Made by a program: the position numbers and the translations under genes. From NCBI RefSeq assembly GCF_035084215.1, contig NC_090349.1:9858001-9922000 (forward strand): a DNA stretch of 64,000 nucleotides. The letters run 5' to 3'. Under the pieces are notes generated by a model that was not told the DNA's origin, made no database searches, and was given only the letters and a program-made list of their open reading frames with translations. Numbering within the stretch: the first letter of the stretch is position 1; each line of letters begins with the position of its first letter. Below are positions 1-12,161 of the stretch, piece after piece. The DNA comes from Heptranchias perlo. Taxonomy: Eukaryota.

Positions 1-112
1 ACTGTTCCATACTAACGGGGTAAGCTGGAGTTTCCTCTGGTCCCTGTTGTGTGTACCCCATGCATTATCTCTTTGCGGTTTTCCAATGTCTAAAGGTATC
101 TCTTTGTTTCAG

Positions 113-209
113 GATGTGGAAAAGGAATATGTGGGATTCGCCACACTTCCCAATCAGGTCCATCGCAAATCAGTGAAGAAAGGCTTTGACTTCACGTTAA
201 TGGTAGCAG
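113..209 (+). CDS. SEPTIN5: Septin-5 coding exon ([33 protein letters not shown]); upstream exon(s) outside window
   Basis: tttcAG acceptor at 111-112, GTAGG donor at 210; peptide closely matches the vertebrate SEPT5 N-terminal polybasic region; 97 nt. Confidence 0.95.
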
Positions 210-594
210 GTAGGAGGCATTGGTGCTACTTGTTAATGCTGCTTGAAACACGTAGAACAAAATAACTGTGCACAATCCAACACGGTAAAGTTGTTTAACA
301 TAAAAGTTCATTTGTTTTGATCTGTGCGTTTATGTGGACTTGTAGCCCTGAGCATGACAACAAGAGAATTTATGTAAGGGTGGAAACTGGGGAAAATGTA
401 TCATAACTTGTGCCTAGCTCCTGAGGTCCAGATATGACTTGAAAAAAATGGAAAATTAATGATCTAGATTTTGAAATGCTCCAAATCATGATCCTGGGAA
501 CTGTAGCTCTGGTCAATATCTGTGCTGGAAAAGTACTGGACTATTATAAGGAACGCAATTCATGCACTCCGAATGAAAATAAAATATTTTTAAG

Positions 595-925
595 AAATTC
601 ATTCTCGGGATGTGGCCATCGCTGGCAAGCCCGGCATTTATTGCCCATCCCTAGATGAGAAGGTGGTGGCGAGCCTTCTTTTTGAACCACTACGGTCCGT
701 GTGGTGAAGGTGCTCCCGTGATGCTGTTAAGTTGGGAATTCCAGATTTTGACCCAGCGACGGTGAAGGAACGGCAATATATGTCCAAGTCGGGATGATGT
801 GTGACTTGGAGGGGAACATGAAGATGATGATGTTCCCATACACCTGCTGCCCATGTCCTTCTAGGTGGTGAAAGTTGCAGGTTTGGGAGGTTCTGTTGAA
901 GAAGCCTTGGCGAGTTGCTGCAGTC
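595..925 (-). mobile_element. 3' fragment of a CR1/L2-group LINE (family 2, tail ...GGGATGGGCAATAAATGCCGG...CACATCCC)
   Basis: Homologous to copies at 14822, 19715 and 49680. Confidence 0.8.
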
Positions 926-934
926 TTGTCAGCC

Positions 935-1202
935 ATGGCTTGGTTTAACATCTCATCGGCACCTCCGACACTGCAACACCCCAGGGACTTGAACCAATAT
1001 TTATTCCTCAACCAACATCACTAAAACAGATTATCTGATCATTATCACATTGCTGTTTGTGGGACCTTGCTGTGTGCAAATTGGCTGCCGTGTTTCCTAC
1101 ATTACAACGGTGACTACACTTCAAAAGTACCTCATTGGCTGTAAAGCACTTTGGGACATCCTGAGGTAGTGAAAGGCACTATATAAATACAAGTTCTTTC
1201 TT
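935..1202 (+). mobile_element. DeuSINE-type SINE (SacSINE1/AmnSINE1-like), 3' half
   Basis: TTGCTGTGTGCAAATTGGCTGCC...GACTACACTTCAAAAGTAC...TTTGGGACATCCTGAGG tail, recalled as DeuSINE-like; many copies in window. Confidence 0.75.
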
Positions 1203-1674
1203 TATTTGGAAGAAACCCTATTTATGTGTGTAAATGGGGTGTCCGCTGATGTTCTAGTGATGCAGTGGGAGAAGACCTGGGGAAATCCACCCCCCTCATA
1301 CGTTTGGATGTTGGCTGACAGCCCCATATGTGATACTTCTCTTGCCCATAGCAAATAGCTAACCAGTTATCGCCACTTGGGCAAAGCACTGAAGAGGTGC
1401 CAGCACGCATTGGATTAAACCCCAATATAAAGTGGGTGTCTTCTGGAGCAGAGGGAAGAAAATCGAAGGTGGTAGACTTTAAAAAAAAAGAAACGTAGAT
1501 GATACTGCATAACCAGCTCAGAAAGCTGGGGAATGATGAATACTTCAAGGTTAAATGCTTTTCAAGGGTCTTGTATAGGAATATTTTCTGTCACCTACTG
1601 CTCCCAAAGTTGATTATATTTCGAAACAGAAAGTACTGAAAATGAATCAATGCATCGGAAAGTAAAAGATAAGA

Positions 1675-1803
1675 GGCCTGGAACTTCCATGGGGTTCTCT
1701 CAGTCTCCCGCTGAACTGCCATTTTTAATCATTTATACCCTTTCTATGGGGGTTCTGCTGATCTCGTGCTAAAGTTACAGAATTCCCATGGGATTTCAGG
1801 GTC
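1675..1803. mobile_element. Hairpin MITE (GGCC(C/T)..GAAATTCC termini), TSD AGA
   Basis: Inverted termini; AGA at 1672-1674 and 1804-1806. Confidence 0.65.
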
Positions 1804-2343
1804 AGAAAGCTTTGAGTGAGAATTTTCATGAGAATATTCAATTATGTTCATATGACACGTTTTGTGTATCCCTAATAATAAAGACCATGGGCGGGGATGC
1901 AAAACAGGTGGTATTGAATCGGTCACCTGTTATATGCACCGCTCGATATTCAGCTCCATTGACTTCAGCAAAATGCCATTCCGCCTGTTCTGCCCCCGCC
2001 CATGTCCAATTTCATCCCTGTTTTCACTTAGCAATGCTGGTGATGGTTGTTGGGTATTATTAAGTTCCCACCCTTTAGAACATCATCATATATTTTGACA
2101 TTCAGAAAGCCTTTTATAAGATCCTTCACACAAGATTTGTGGTCAATATGAAAGTTCATGGCAGTAAGGCAGTAAATTTCATCATAAATTGACTACAGTC
2201 AATTGCTGTTCATTTGAGGTTGCTTAATTTGAATTGCCAGATAATTCAAATTGCACTAAAAAAGCCTCCAGTACCGTTTTATTCCAACCGCTTAATTTGA
2301 ATTAATGGATCATTTGGATTTTAAAAAATTATAATTGACTTTG

Positions 2344-2922
2344 AAACAAGGAAGTTATGTTGAACCTTTATAAAACACTGGTTCGGTCACAGCTGGAGTA
2401 TTGTGTCCAATTCTGGGCACTGCACTTTAGGAAAGATGTGAAGGCCTTAGAGAGGGTGCAGAAAAGATTTACTAGAATGGTTCCAGGGATGAGGGACTTC
2501 AGTTATGTGGATAGACTGGAGAAGCTGGGGTTGTTCTCCTTAGAGCAGAGAAGGTTGAGAGGAGATTTCATAGAAGTGTTCAAAATCATGAAGAGTTTGG
2601 ATAAAGTAAATAAAGAGAAACTGTTCCCATTGGCGGAATGGTCAAGAACCAGAGGACACAGATTTAAGGTAATTGGGCCAAAGAACCAAAGGCAACATGA
2701 GGAAAAGCTTTTTTACACAGCGAGTTGTTATGATCTGGAATGCGCTGCCTGAAAAGGATGGTGGAAGCAGATTCAATGGTGGCTTTCAAAAAGGAATTGG
2801 ATAAATAGTTGAAGGGAAAAAATTTGCTGCGGGGAAAGAGCAGGGGAATGGGACTAACTGGATTGCTCTTACAAAGAGCCGGCATGGGCTCGATGGGCCG
2901 AATGGCCTCCTTCTGAGCTGTA
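2344..2922 (+). mobile_element. CR1 (HER1-type) LINE 3' fragment
   Basis: LYKTLVR.QLEYCVQFW...LEQRRLRGD ORF2 C-terminus plus GATGGGCCGAATGGCCTCC tail. Confidence 0.92.
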
Positions 2923-2984
2923 ATTTACACCCATTTTTGGAGAAAATATTTCAACTGTTAAATTGTAAGAAAAAAGAAAGAACA

Positions 2985-3410
2985 ACAAGCTTGTATTTAT
3001 TTAGTGCCTTTCCTGTCCTCAGAATGTCCCAAAGTGCTTCACCGTCAATGAAATGACTTTAGAAGTGTAACCACTGTCATTGTGTAGGCAAGCATGGCAG
3101 CCAATTTGCACACAGTCAGGGACCAGAAACAACAAATGGACGATTGACCAGATGGTCTGTTTTCGGTGGTGTTGGTTGAGGGATAAATGTTGGCCAGGAT
3201 TCTGGGAGAGCTCCTCTCCATATAATGTGATAGGACCTTTTACATGCACCTTAACATGCAGGCAGGACCTTAGTTTAATATCATACCCAGAGGGCAGTGC
3301 CTCCAACAATGCAGTAGTGCACCAAAGTATCAGCTTAGATCACATCCTGGAGTGGGGCTTGAAGCTACAATTGACTGACTCAGTGGTGCGAGTGCTATGA
3401 CTGAGCAAAG
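2985..3410 (-). mobile_element. DeuSINE-type SINE, near full length with tRNA-like head
   Basis: Reverse complement of the 935-1202 family. Confidence 0.7.
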
Positions 3411-4522
3411 CTGGCACTTTGGACATTTGATTGCAGGAAAATGGCAATCTCTCTGGGCTACCAGGATTCTAAGTTTTAATTTCACACACTCAGATTAAAA
3501 TACACATTAATATTTCAAGAGTGAGCTACTAAAATCTCAGGAGTGGTTTTATTACTGTAATATTAACCTTATACTGCAAATCCAAATGTTAATCTTTTAA
3601 AAATAACATAAAGTTTACTTGAACTTGTTCAGTATTCCTTTCCCCAATTCTCTGTTTGTTCCCATTCTCTCTCCATTCTATTATTTTAACTTCAATTTTA
3701 TTTCTTTCATGGCTAATAGCCTTTTCTATTCCTTTTTTAAAAACATTTTAATAAAGTTTACTGATCTGATTTTCTCTGTCTCCCTGACCCCTCAGTCCAC
3801 TTTGGAAATGGGAGCAAGTTTTAAAAACCGTTCATTTGATTAGCCAAGTACGAGTTTCAAAGATCAGCTTTTCAGCCATTACAATGGCAAGAATATGAAG
3901 ATTGGGGTGGCCAAATTGTTAATCGTTAAAATAAAAAATATCTGAAGCTCATAGAGAATGAGGTCGTCTGTGACATGCAAAGGGTTAAATTAATTGTCTA
4001 ATTTAAGGGCAGTACCAAGTTGTGCGGTAAAGAGGTGAGGCCGAGGAACTGAACTAATGAATAGCAGATGGTGCTTAATGTTATTAAAATTAAGGGTCAG
4101 GATTAGTATATTTGTAATAAAAGTTGCAAAAATGGTTGCATAATGAAGGGAGTATTACTTAAAATCATGGATAAGGGATAGCGTTTGAAAACATCATTGC
4201 ACTATGTGGCAATGGTTGGATAGCCCAAATATATTAGACTGTATATATGTAAATCCAGCGATACAAGGCCATGGGAGTGTCAAATGTGGTGATTGAACTT
4301 ACAAAAAGACATGGAGGTGTTGGAAATGATTCTAACAAAGAAAAATGTGAATGCTTTAGGTGGATGAGCTTGAAGAGAGGGTTACAATAGTAAATCACTG
4401 AGTTTCATATAGACAGACTGGTGTGCAAGTGGAGCTAACAATATTGCTGATTGTTAGATGTATTTGAGGAAATTAAGCTCTGCGAGGCATGTGTTTTAAA
4501 TTCATTGTTCTTCCCTCCACAG

Positions 4523-4609
4523 GAGAGTCAGGGCTGGGGAAGTCCACTTTAGTCAAGAGTCTCTTCCTTACAGATCTTTACAAAGACAGGAAACTTCTCA
4601 ATGCTGAAG
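4523..4609 (+). CDS. SEPTIN5: Septin-5 exon with P-loop ([30 protein letters not shown])
   Basis: ccacAG / GTAAG boundaries; G1 motif GESGLGKS; phase compatible with flanking exons. Confidence 0.96.
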
Positions 4610-5552
4610 GTAAGAGCTGATATGAATTGCAAGGGGAAGGTGAAAATACACTCTGCCATTCTGGGGTAAGTGGCAGGATGTGCCCACTGGAGGATGCGGG
4701 GTTGTGGAAGGCTCCATCTGTTAAATATCCCAGGTGGGTGCCTGTGCCACTATGGGTGCCCTCCATAGCAGGAGGGTGGGTGGAGTAATCGAAGCGACAT
4801 TGGTTGGCAACAGCTCATTTGATTGGTAACTGCCCCATCCCACAAATCTTTCCCTGCCTTACCATAGTTTGTTGCTCCTTCACTCCAATTGACCAAAATC
4901 TATCCCAAAAGATCCTCGCTAGGAAGTTCCTCCGGGATTCTCCCAATTGGCCGCTGTAATTTCAGTAGAAGATTGGTGGAAGCCCCGTTTTCATGGAGCA
5001 TCTGGAGTTGCCGCCAATCTTCCACTGAGGAAATTCCCGGTGCCCATATGATATTAAATGGTAATAGTGCCCCATTCATGTTTTCGATAGGGCGCCAATC
5101 TAAAGGGCAACTGAATCTCTTTCTGTACTATGGCAGGGTTCCAGTCGAGTGGTAATGGAGCTCTGTTGGTAATGGGATGGTTATTCATGACCAATATGTA
5201 GAATGTTCTGCGGATTCCTACCGAAAATACCTATTGTACAGTTCCTGTAAGATACTTGACCTGAAGCAATTGGTCAATCGAGACTCAAATCACATCTGGT
5301 ATTATCTTGTTCTGATTCATATTATTTTTTTCACCTATCTGTGCTGATTGCTCTCTATGCCCTGCACTCCTCTTTTGAGCCCTGACCCACGTGCTGTTGC
5401 CCAAGACCAGTGCAGCTAAAAAAATCAGTGCAGATCTGCAGACTTACTGAAGCCTGGGGAGTGGTACGGGTTTGACGTTGTCTGTGCATTGACTGCACAA
5501 TGCAGGAAGTAACTGAGTTTAGATGAAGAAGCCAATATCGAAATCTCTCACA

Positions 5553-6050
5553 AAATAAAAACAAAATATTCCGGATGCTGGAAATTTGAACTAAAAACAG
5601 AAAATGCTGGAAACACTCAGCAGGTCAAGCAGCATCTGTGGAGAGAGAAAAATAGAGTTAATGCTTCAAGCCGATTACCTTTCATCAGAATTGGAAGATG
5701 TTAGAGATGAATGCCTGGGGTCTATCTGCCTTTCTTCTGCCACATTCCCGGGCCACTGAAGCTTTCTCTTCTTTGCCAGATTTACCCATGCTTCCCTCCC
5801 CCTCTGCTAGTCTGCTTTAACCATTTACACCTCCTCTAGACCCATCTTTTGTTTCTATACTGTCTCATTATCACCCCCTTTTGCCTTGCACCATCATTAC
5901 TCTAGTCATTTAATCACTCCTGCCCTCCATCCTATCTCAGACCTCTCCCTTTTGTTCCTTACCTTCCGCCCTTTTCCCTGGCTCTGTACTTGCTTAAAAG
6001 CTGTTCATCTCTAACATCATGTAGTTCTGATGAAAGGTCATTGACCTGAA
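5553..6050. mobile_element. Penelope-like element remnant with inverted terminal segments and degenerate hammerhead motifs
   Basis: GATGCTGGAAAT...AAAACAGAAAATGCTGGAAACACTCAGCAGG terminus; 5683-5711 is inverted to 6004-6032; CTGATGA-stem-GAA at 6027-6050. Confidence 0.65.
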
Positions 6051-6387
6051 TTGAAACTTCCTAATCTGGCACATTTGAACATGATTGCAGGGTGGAGCAT
6101 ACACTGGTCTTGTTGGCAGTGTTTATGTGTTGTGTCTATCCAGCATTTCCTGGGATATACACACCCCAGTGCTGATTAGTTACTCTGTTCTAATACAGGA
6201 AGCTATCATCTAAATAAAAAGTAATCCTCACTTCATGGGTTAAAGATAGATGTTGAGAAATCATTTCTGATTTATCGAGATCACCAAATACAGATAACTT
6301 GGAGGTGGGGAGGGGTGGGGAGAGCTTTATATATTAATTGGATTTGAGGAAGCTTACTGCTCACATTTTCCATCTCCCTTTTTACAG

Positions 6388-6511
6388 AGAGGATCAACCA
6401 AACAGTGGAGATTATAAAACACACGGTGGACATTGAAGAGAAAGGTGTCAAACTAAAGTTGACGATAGTTGACACGCCGGGATTCGGGGATGCGGTGAAC
6501 AACATACAAAG
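6388..6511 (+). CDS. SEPTIN5: Septin-5 exon ([41 protein letters not shown])
   Basis: ttacAG / GTATGT; G3 motif DTPG. Confidence 0.96.
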
Positions 6512-6526
6512 GTATGTACATCTCTA

Positions 6527-6735
6527 ACATCACGGAGGATTCGGTTACCATGGAGATGTGAACAGATATCTGACATCACGGAGGATTCGGTTACCATGGA
6601 GATGTGAACAGATATCTGACATCACTGAGGATTCGGTTACCATGGAGATGTGAACAGATATCTGACATCACTGAGGATTTGGTTACCATGGAGATGTGAA
6701 CAGATATCTGATATTACTGAGGATACTGTTACCAT
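6527..6735 (+). repeat. 46-bp minisatellite, about 4.5 copies (ACATCAC(G/T)GAGGATTCGGTTACCATGGAGATGTGAACAGATATCTG)
   Basis: Tandem copies read directly, starting 16 nt into the SEPT5 intron. Confidence 0.95.
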
Positions 6736-7395
6736 AAAGACTGAATATTACGTAGTATTTACCGCACAGAAACAGACCATTCAACCGATTAGGTCTACGC
6801 TGGTATTTATGCTCCACATTAACCTCCTCCCACCCTACTTCATCTCACCCTGTCAACATAATCTTCAATTCCTTTCTTCTTCATGCACTTATCTATTTTC
6901 CCCTTAAATGCATCTATGCAATTCGCCTCAACCACTCCATGTGGTAGCAAGTTCCACATTCTCAATACTCTCTGAGTAAAGAAGTTTCTCCTGAATTCCT
7001 TATTGGATTCATCAGTTATTAGAATTAATCATTAGAATAGATTCAGTGTTGCTGAAGTATTGTTACTATAGAGATATACATTTGGCAGTACATAAACCAC
7101 GCCTCGATATTTATATCAGGATTTATATAAGGATGTCCACACAGAATACCAGCAGTGAAACTTGGTGCACAGTTTGTTCTGTTTGTGGGGCTCTTGCCCA
7201 GATAGTGTCAGCACCTAGATCTCTGGGCCTTGTGTGCAGGGAAAGTTGAACTATCACTTGTCGAGCTAGGAGTACTGAAGCATGAATTAACCCTTACATT
7301 GCTGGCAGCTTCAGAGAATTTCAGGCTACCCCCGGTTGGCCATTTTAAGTTTTCAGCTCACGTACTATGATGCTAACACATGCTCCAATTACAGT

Positions 7396-7496
7396 TGTAA
7401 ACAATTTTACAACACCAAGTTATATTCCAGCAATTTTATTTTAAATTCACAAGCTTTCGGAGGCTACCTCCTTCCTCAGGTGAACGATGTGGAAAT
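7396..7496 (-). mobile_element. ~100-bp Penelope-like terminal insert with minimal type I hammerhead ribozyme; 9-bp TSD AATTACAGT
   Basis: TSD at 7387-7395 and 7497-7505; ribozyme core at 7446-7484. Confidence 0.8.
7446..7484 (-). ncRNA. Minimal hammerhead ribozyme motif
   Basis: ttcac-CTGAGGA-a-ggagg(tag)cctcc-GAAA-gc-TT-gtgaa: intact core with paired stems I and II. Confidence 0.75.
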
Positions 7497-8194
7497 AATT
7501 ACAGTAACAGAGCTAACTCAATTGTCAGGAGTAGTATTAGTATTGTGCAATTAAAAAAGGCACCAGTTAAAAAAAACATTAAAAACTGTAAATGTTTTGG
7601 TGCTATGCTTGACAGGGACGATTTCATCTGCACTGGGTGAAGCCTGTTCTTTATGAATAAGTTTAAGACTAGAGACGAATTAAGAATCCTTGAGACCCTG
7701 GGCACCAAGAACATTCATGGCTCCTCTGTACCTCCTGCACAAATCCCCCCCCCGCCCCCATCCCAACACCAATCCATTAAAACCTACCCCAAAGTTGGGA
7801 GAAGGCTGGGCTGCTGCTCTCCAGTGCAGGGACTCGCAGCTGTTGACGGGCAGCTTCTTGTTCCAATGGAATCAGGGGGCGGGGATGCTGAGCTTCTTGG
7901 GTTGCAACAGGCATGCTGCCTATCGGCCGTAGCTAGCCGCCCAGGCCCCATGATTGGCTACCTTGGGCACGCCCCTGTAGGCCTGTGCTTTAATGCACTC
8001 CTGTTTAAGACAGAAAGAACTTGCAATTACATAGTACCTTTCACACGCTCAAGATATCCCAAAGTGCTTTACAGCCAATTAATTACATTTGATCTCTCAC
8101 CCTAATCTCGGCAGAAACCCCCAGAGAAACAGCTGTAAACAGCCATTTATGCCGTTTCCCTTGGGGGTTCTGATCGTCTCCTGCTGAAGTTAAA

Positions 8195-8291
8195 TTTTAA
8201 ACAATTTTACAACACCAAGTTATAGTCCAGCAATTTTATTTTAAATTCACAAGCTTTCGGAGATTTTCTCCTTCCTCAGGCAAATGTTAAA
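8195..8291 (-). mobile_element. Second hammerhead-bearing insert; 13-bp TSD TGCTGAAGTTAAA; nested in a hairpin MITE
   Basis: TSD at 8182-8194 and 8292-8304; core CTGAGGA-a-ggaga(aaa)tctcc-GAAA-gc-TT-gtgaa at 8246-8284. Confidence 0.8.
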
Positions 8292-8859
8292 TGCTGAAGT
8301 TAAAGGAGGTGATCTGGAGAAGTCCCACAGAATTTGCAGGCCACTGTTGTTGTAACGTAAATGCAGTTACCAATTTGCGCGCAGCAAGGTCGCACAACCA
8401 GCAATGCCATAAATGACCAGATACTCTGTTTTTGGGGATGTTGGTTGAGAGATAAGTGTTGGCCAGGATCCCGGGAGGACTCCCCTGCTCTTTTTTTAAA
8501 TGGTGCACCTGAGTAGGCAGCTCGGGCCTTGGTTTAACATACGGACATACAAAAATGCCGGACATGAAAAGACCAGCCGGTCCATTGAGCCTGTCTCACA
8601 AAGTCATGTTGCAAATAAGCATGATGAGCCCCAATGCTTCCACCCACCCACCATGTAACCCCCTGGGAGAGACAAAAAAAACAGAAAAAAATTGAGGGGA
8701 AAAGAACTCTTGAGAAATTCCCTTCTGACCCCTCAAAGCGATCAAAAATGAGTTCAGAGAGATAACAGTGACCATGAAGCACTTCCCCAATGCCCCACCT
8801 ACCTTTTGTACGCAGTGATATCAGCCCCAGACAGGAACTCAGCCAGCTCACCTTTTGAA

Positions 8860-9200
8860 TGTTTGCAGCAAATCCGCACTTGCTGCATGACCCAGCAACT
8901 TATTCCAAAAGGTCCATGCCCCCTGTGAAAACAAAAATGTCCTGACATCTAACTTAGATCTATGCTTATGTATTTTATACCCGTTTCCCTTGATTCTCTT
9001 TAATCTATTTAATTCAAATAGTCTATCCACACAGACTCAGTCTAGTCCCTTCATTATGCTAAATACCCCAATCAAATTTCCCCAAACTCTATGTTTTTCT
9101 ACAATAAAAACATCCAGCTTTCTAAGCCCATCATGATAACTAAGCCCTTTTAAACTAGGTTTAATTCTATTGGCTCTCCTCTAAACCTTTTCCTCCAGGT
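8860..9200 (-). mobile_element. Decayed CR1 3' fragment
   Basis: Remnant LFEL...LDVR.FLFSQ...WNKL motif. Confidence 0.55.
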
Positions 9201-10451
9201 TATCTAATATCTCATTAAGTTTATAATGTGGCTTGAACCCTGAATGGGTCCAGGTTATATGCGGCCCGTGGGGTTGGTCGCTCTGGCTGCCTGCCTCTCT
9301 TCCACGGGTTTCTCCCCGCCCCCTGGTGGCCCTGGAGAAGGAGCACACGGTGTCTGCTGGTGCTGTAGAGGCTTTCCGCGATCAGAGGGACTGGAGGGCA
9401 TGGTGGACACTGATAATATTGCGATTTAATTTGCTCAGTTGGCTTTTGTAATTGATCCATGTAGATGGCATGGGTTGCCCCAGTGTCATCAACAGAGAAA
9501 CAAATTTACACCTGACACCCCGCCCCCTTTTTAAAGCGTGAAACTAAAAAAAAACTTTTAAAAAATAGTGTGGCTTGAACCCAGGACCCCTGACTCAGTG
9601 GCAAGAGTTCTAGTTGACTGATACTTGAGTGTGCAAATTATCCACACCGAGCACACAGTCAAAATCTTGCCCCTTTGTTTTCCTTTCCCCCACCTCTCTC
9701 TTGCCCATTTTCTCTCTTCTGTTTTTTTATTTCATGTCTTTAATTTATATCTAAACAATAAAGCCATTCTACACCATTTTCTAATTTTTAGAAGTCCTTC
9801 AAAATATTTCACTTAACTCAATTCTTTGGCTTCTTGGGGTCCCCGCCCCTCTGCTACATTTCATCTCTTTCCAGTGACGTTCGGCAGGTAGCCTAATCCT
9901 TGTATGTATACTGATTTGAGACACATACAGAATACGTAGTCTGATTGCTGTAACCCTACCTCTGTCGACCGAAGAGCTGGAGAGACAGGTGAGGTAGGAC
10001 AATGAGTGAGGCAGAGACTGGAGCACAGCTGGGGGATCGACAGGTGATGGTGAGGGGAGTCATGATAGAGTATTCATATGTGTGCTCTGGATGGAGCAGG
10101 CTTGATGGAACAGATGGTCTAGTCCCACTTTGTACTCTTAGGTTCCTAAAATATTGCTTCGTAGGCTGTACCCCTACATGTGAGAACATGAGTAATAACA
10201 AACACTGCTGAAAAGTAGACAACAGGACAAGCTTGGAGGGAGAGGCCTCTGATGACTGAATGGCCTTGTCTTGTTCCCATGCTTTCATATGTCTTAAAGT
10301 GATCTCTGATTGACCAAGTGCAGATCATATTACAGCTGTGCTGCTGCTTTGCTGACTATTGCGGGCCCACGTTGCAATAAAGGACTCACAGCACGAGAAC
10401 TCTTTGAGACTTGCAGATCACTCCAGCCTCTCTCTCTCTCTTTTGTTGCAG

Positions 10452-10586
10452 CTGGAAGCCCATAGCCGATTACATCGACCAACAGTTTGAACAATATTTC
10501 CGAGATGAGAGCGGCCTAAACCGGAAGAACATTCAGGATAACCGAGTGCACTGCTGCCTGTATTTTATCTCTCCCTATGGACACGG
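10452..10586 (+). CDS. SEPTIN5: Septin-5 exon ([45 protein letters not shown])
   Basis: ttgcAG / GTAAG; septin [11 protein letters not shown] motif. Confidence 0.96.
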
Positions 10587-11689
10587 GTAAGAGGCAGAGT
10601 TGGGCTGCAGAGTAATTGTATTGCTTTTCTATTGGTTCTTTCTGCTACTCAATAAGTGAGGCAGAAACTGGAGTTTGACAACAATGCTGTGGGGCGAGAG
10701 GGAAGATTCAACGTGGTAGAAGGACAAATATGGACCTGATTGTGAACATATTCCCATTGCTACTGCAGGGGAGGGAGATACCAGGATCTGCTGTTAATTT
10801 TGGGGTTGATACTCATCGAGGGAGGAGCTGTGATTAGTTGATCTGAAGGGGACCAGGTGTTCAAGGAAATTGTTGAGCTCTGTGCTCAATTTGTTCTTTA
10901 GGAGTGAAGTGGGGGTTGAGGGGGGGAAGGGGTGGTGTGAGAAGGAGCAGGTTGTGTATCTCTTGGGGTGTGATGCTAGCAGGATATCGCTGAGCTTTGT
11001 GTCTGATTGTCTATGTATCTTGGGGGAGGGACCTTCTTAAAAGTTTACAGTCTCTGTTTGCAGATCAGTGTTGAGTTTTGTGTTTGAGTGGTTCGATCTG
11101 TGTGTGGGGGTCTCTGTGATTAATTTGTTTTGTTGTGTCTTGGGGGAGAGGTGTCAGATGGGTGCCGAAGGGTCCAATATGGTGGGTGGTGTGCATAAGC
11201 TCATTCTGCGCCAAAAATACGCTGTCCGTCATAATAGTAAAGGCTCCTCCGTAGGCGTCCAGGGTCTGCACCCAAAACAGGCGTAGGATGTCTTTTTGAG
11301 GCCCCTTTGATTGTACAGGCGCTTGGCAGCAAAACCAGTGATCCTTAAAGGGACTGCTGGAGGCTGTCACTGGAAAGATAAATTTGAATTTTTTTGCTTA
11401 CCTTAGTGTGGAGCTGGGAGGAACAGCAGTGCTCCTCCCAGTTCCACACCGGGCAACTGCCAGCCATCGCTTGCCCTACCCATCCTCCGATTGCCTCAGA
11501 ATGACTTTGGCTTGTGTTCGAGCAGGCTGATTTTGCTACCCCGGATCCGGCAAGCTGCCTCTGGGGCCGTGACTGATGGCTGCAGCTCACCAGAAATAAA
11601 CAAATGAGGCTGGCGGACCAATTTGCTGTGGTCCTGCCGCTATCCTCATTAGGCATGTAGCCCTAATTTGAGTGTGATTCAATTTCTAG

Positions 11690-12030
11690 GTCTATGTGCC
11701 TGTTTCTCCAGGTATAATTTATTCTGTTTGCTTGGGTGTGTGATTCATGCCTTGGGTATGTGGCTTGTGTTTCTCTTGGGATGTTTTGTCTGTCTTTCGG
11801 TGTGATTTGTCTTTCGGGATGATTTGTCTCTGGGTGTAATTTGTCTTTCCCTTGGGATGTGATTTGCCTCTGGAGGTGATTTGTCTCTGGGGGTGATTCG
11901 TCTGTTGCTGGGGTGATTTGTCTTTCTCGTGGGGCAATTTATCTCTCGGGATGATTTGTCTCTGGGTGTGGTTTGTTCTTCTCTGTGGGGGAGGGGTAAT
12001 TTGTCCATCTGGGGTGTAATTTATTCCATC
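11690..12030 (+). repeat. Degenerate ~18-bp tandem repeat (TGATTTGTCTCTGGG(G/T)G) upstream of a SEPT5 acceptor
   Basis: Recurrent units visible; they generate the low-complexity ORFs at 11719-12008. Confidence 0.75.
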
Positions 12031-12043
12031 TCTTTGGGTATAG

Positions 12044-12161
12044 GCTGCGGCCGCTGGACACAGAGTTCATGAAGGCATTACATCAGAAAGTGAATATCGT
12101 GCCAGTGATTGCGAAAGCCGACTCCCTCACACCCATTGAGGTGAAGAAACTCAAAGAGAGG
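12044..12161 (+). CDS. SEPTIN5: Septin-5 exon ([39 protein letters not shown])
   Basis: tatAG / GTGAG; G4 motif AKAD. Confidence 0.96.

Noticed and set aside
6527-6735. CRISPR-like array
   Set aside because: Units are contiguous with no unique spacers, in a eukaryotic intron; it is a minisatellite
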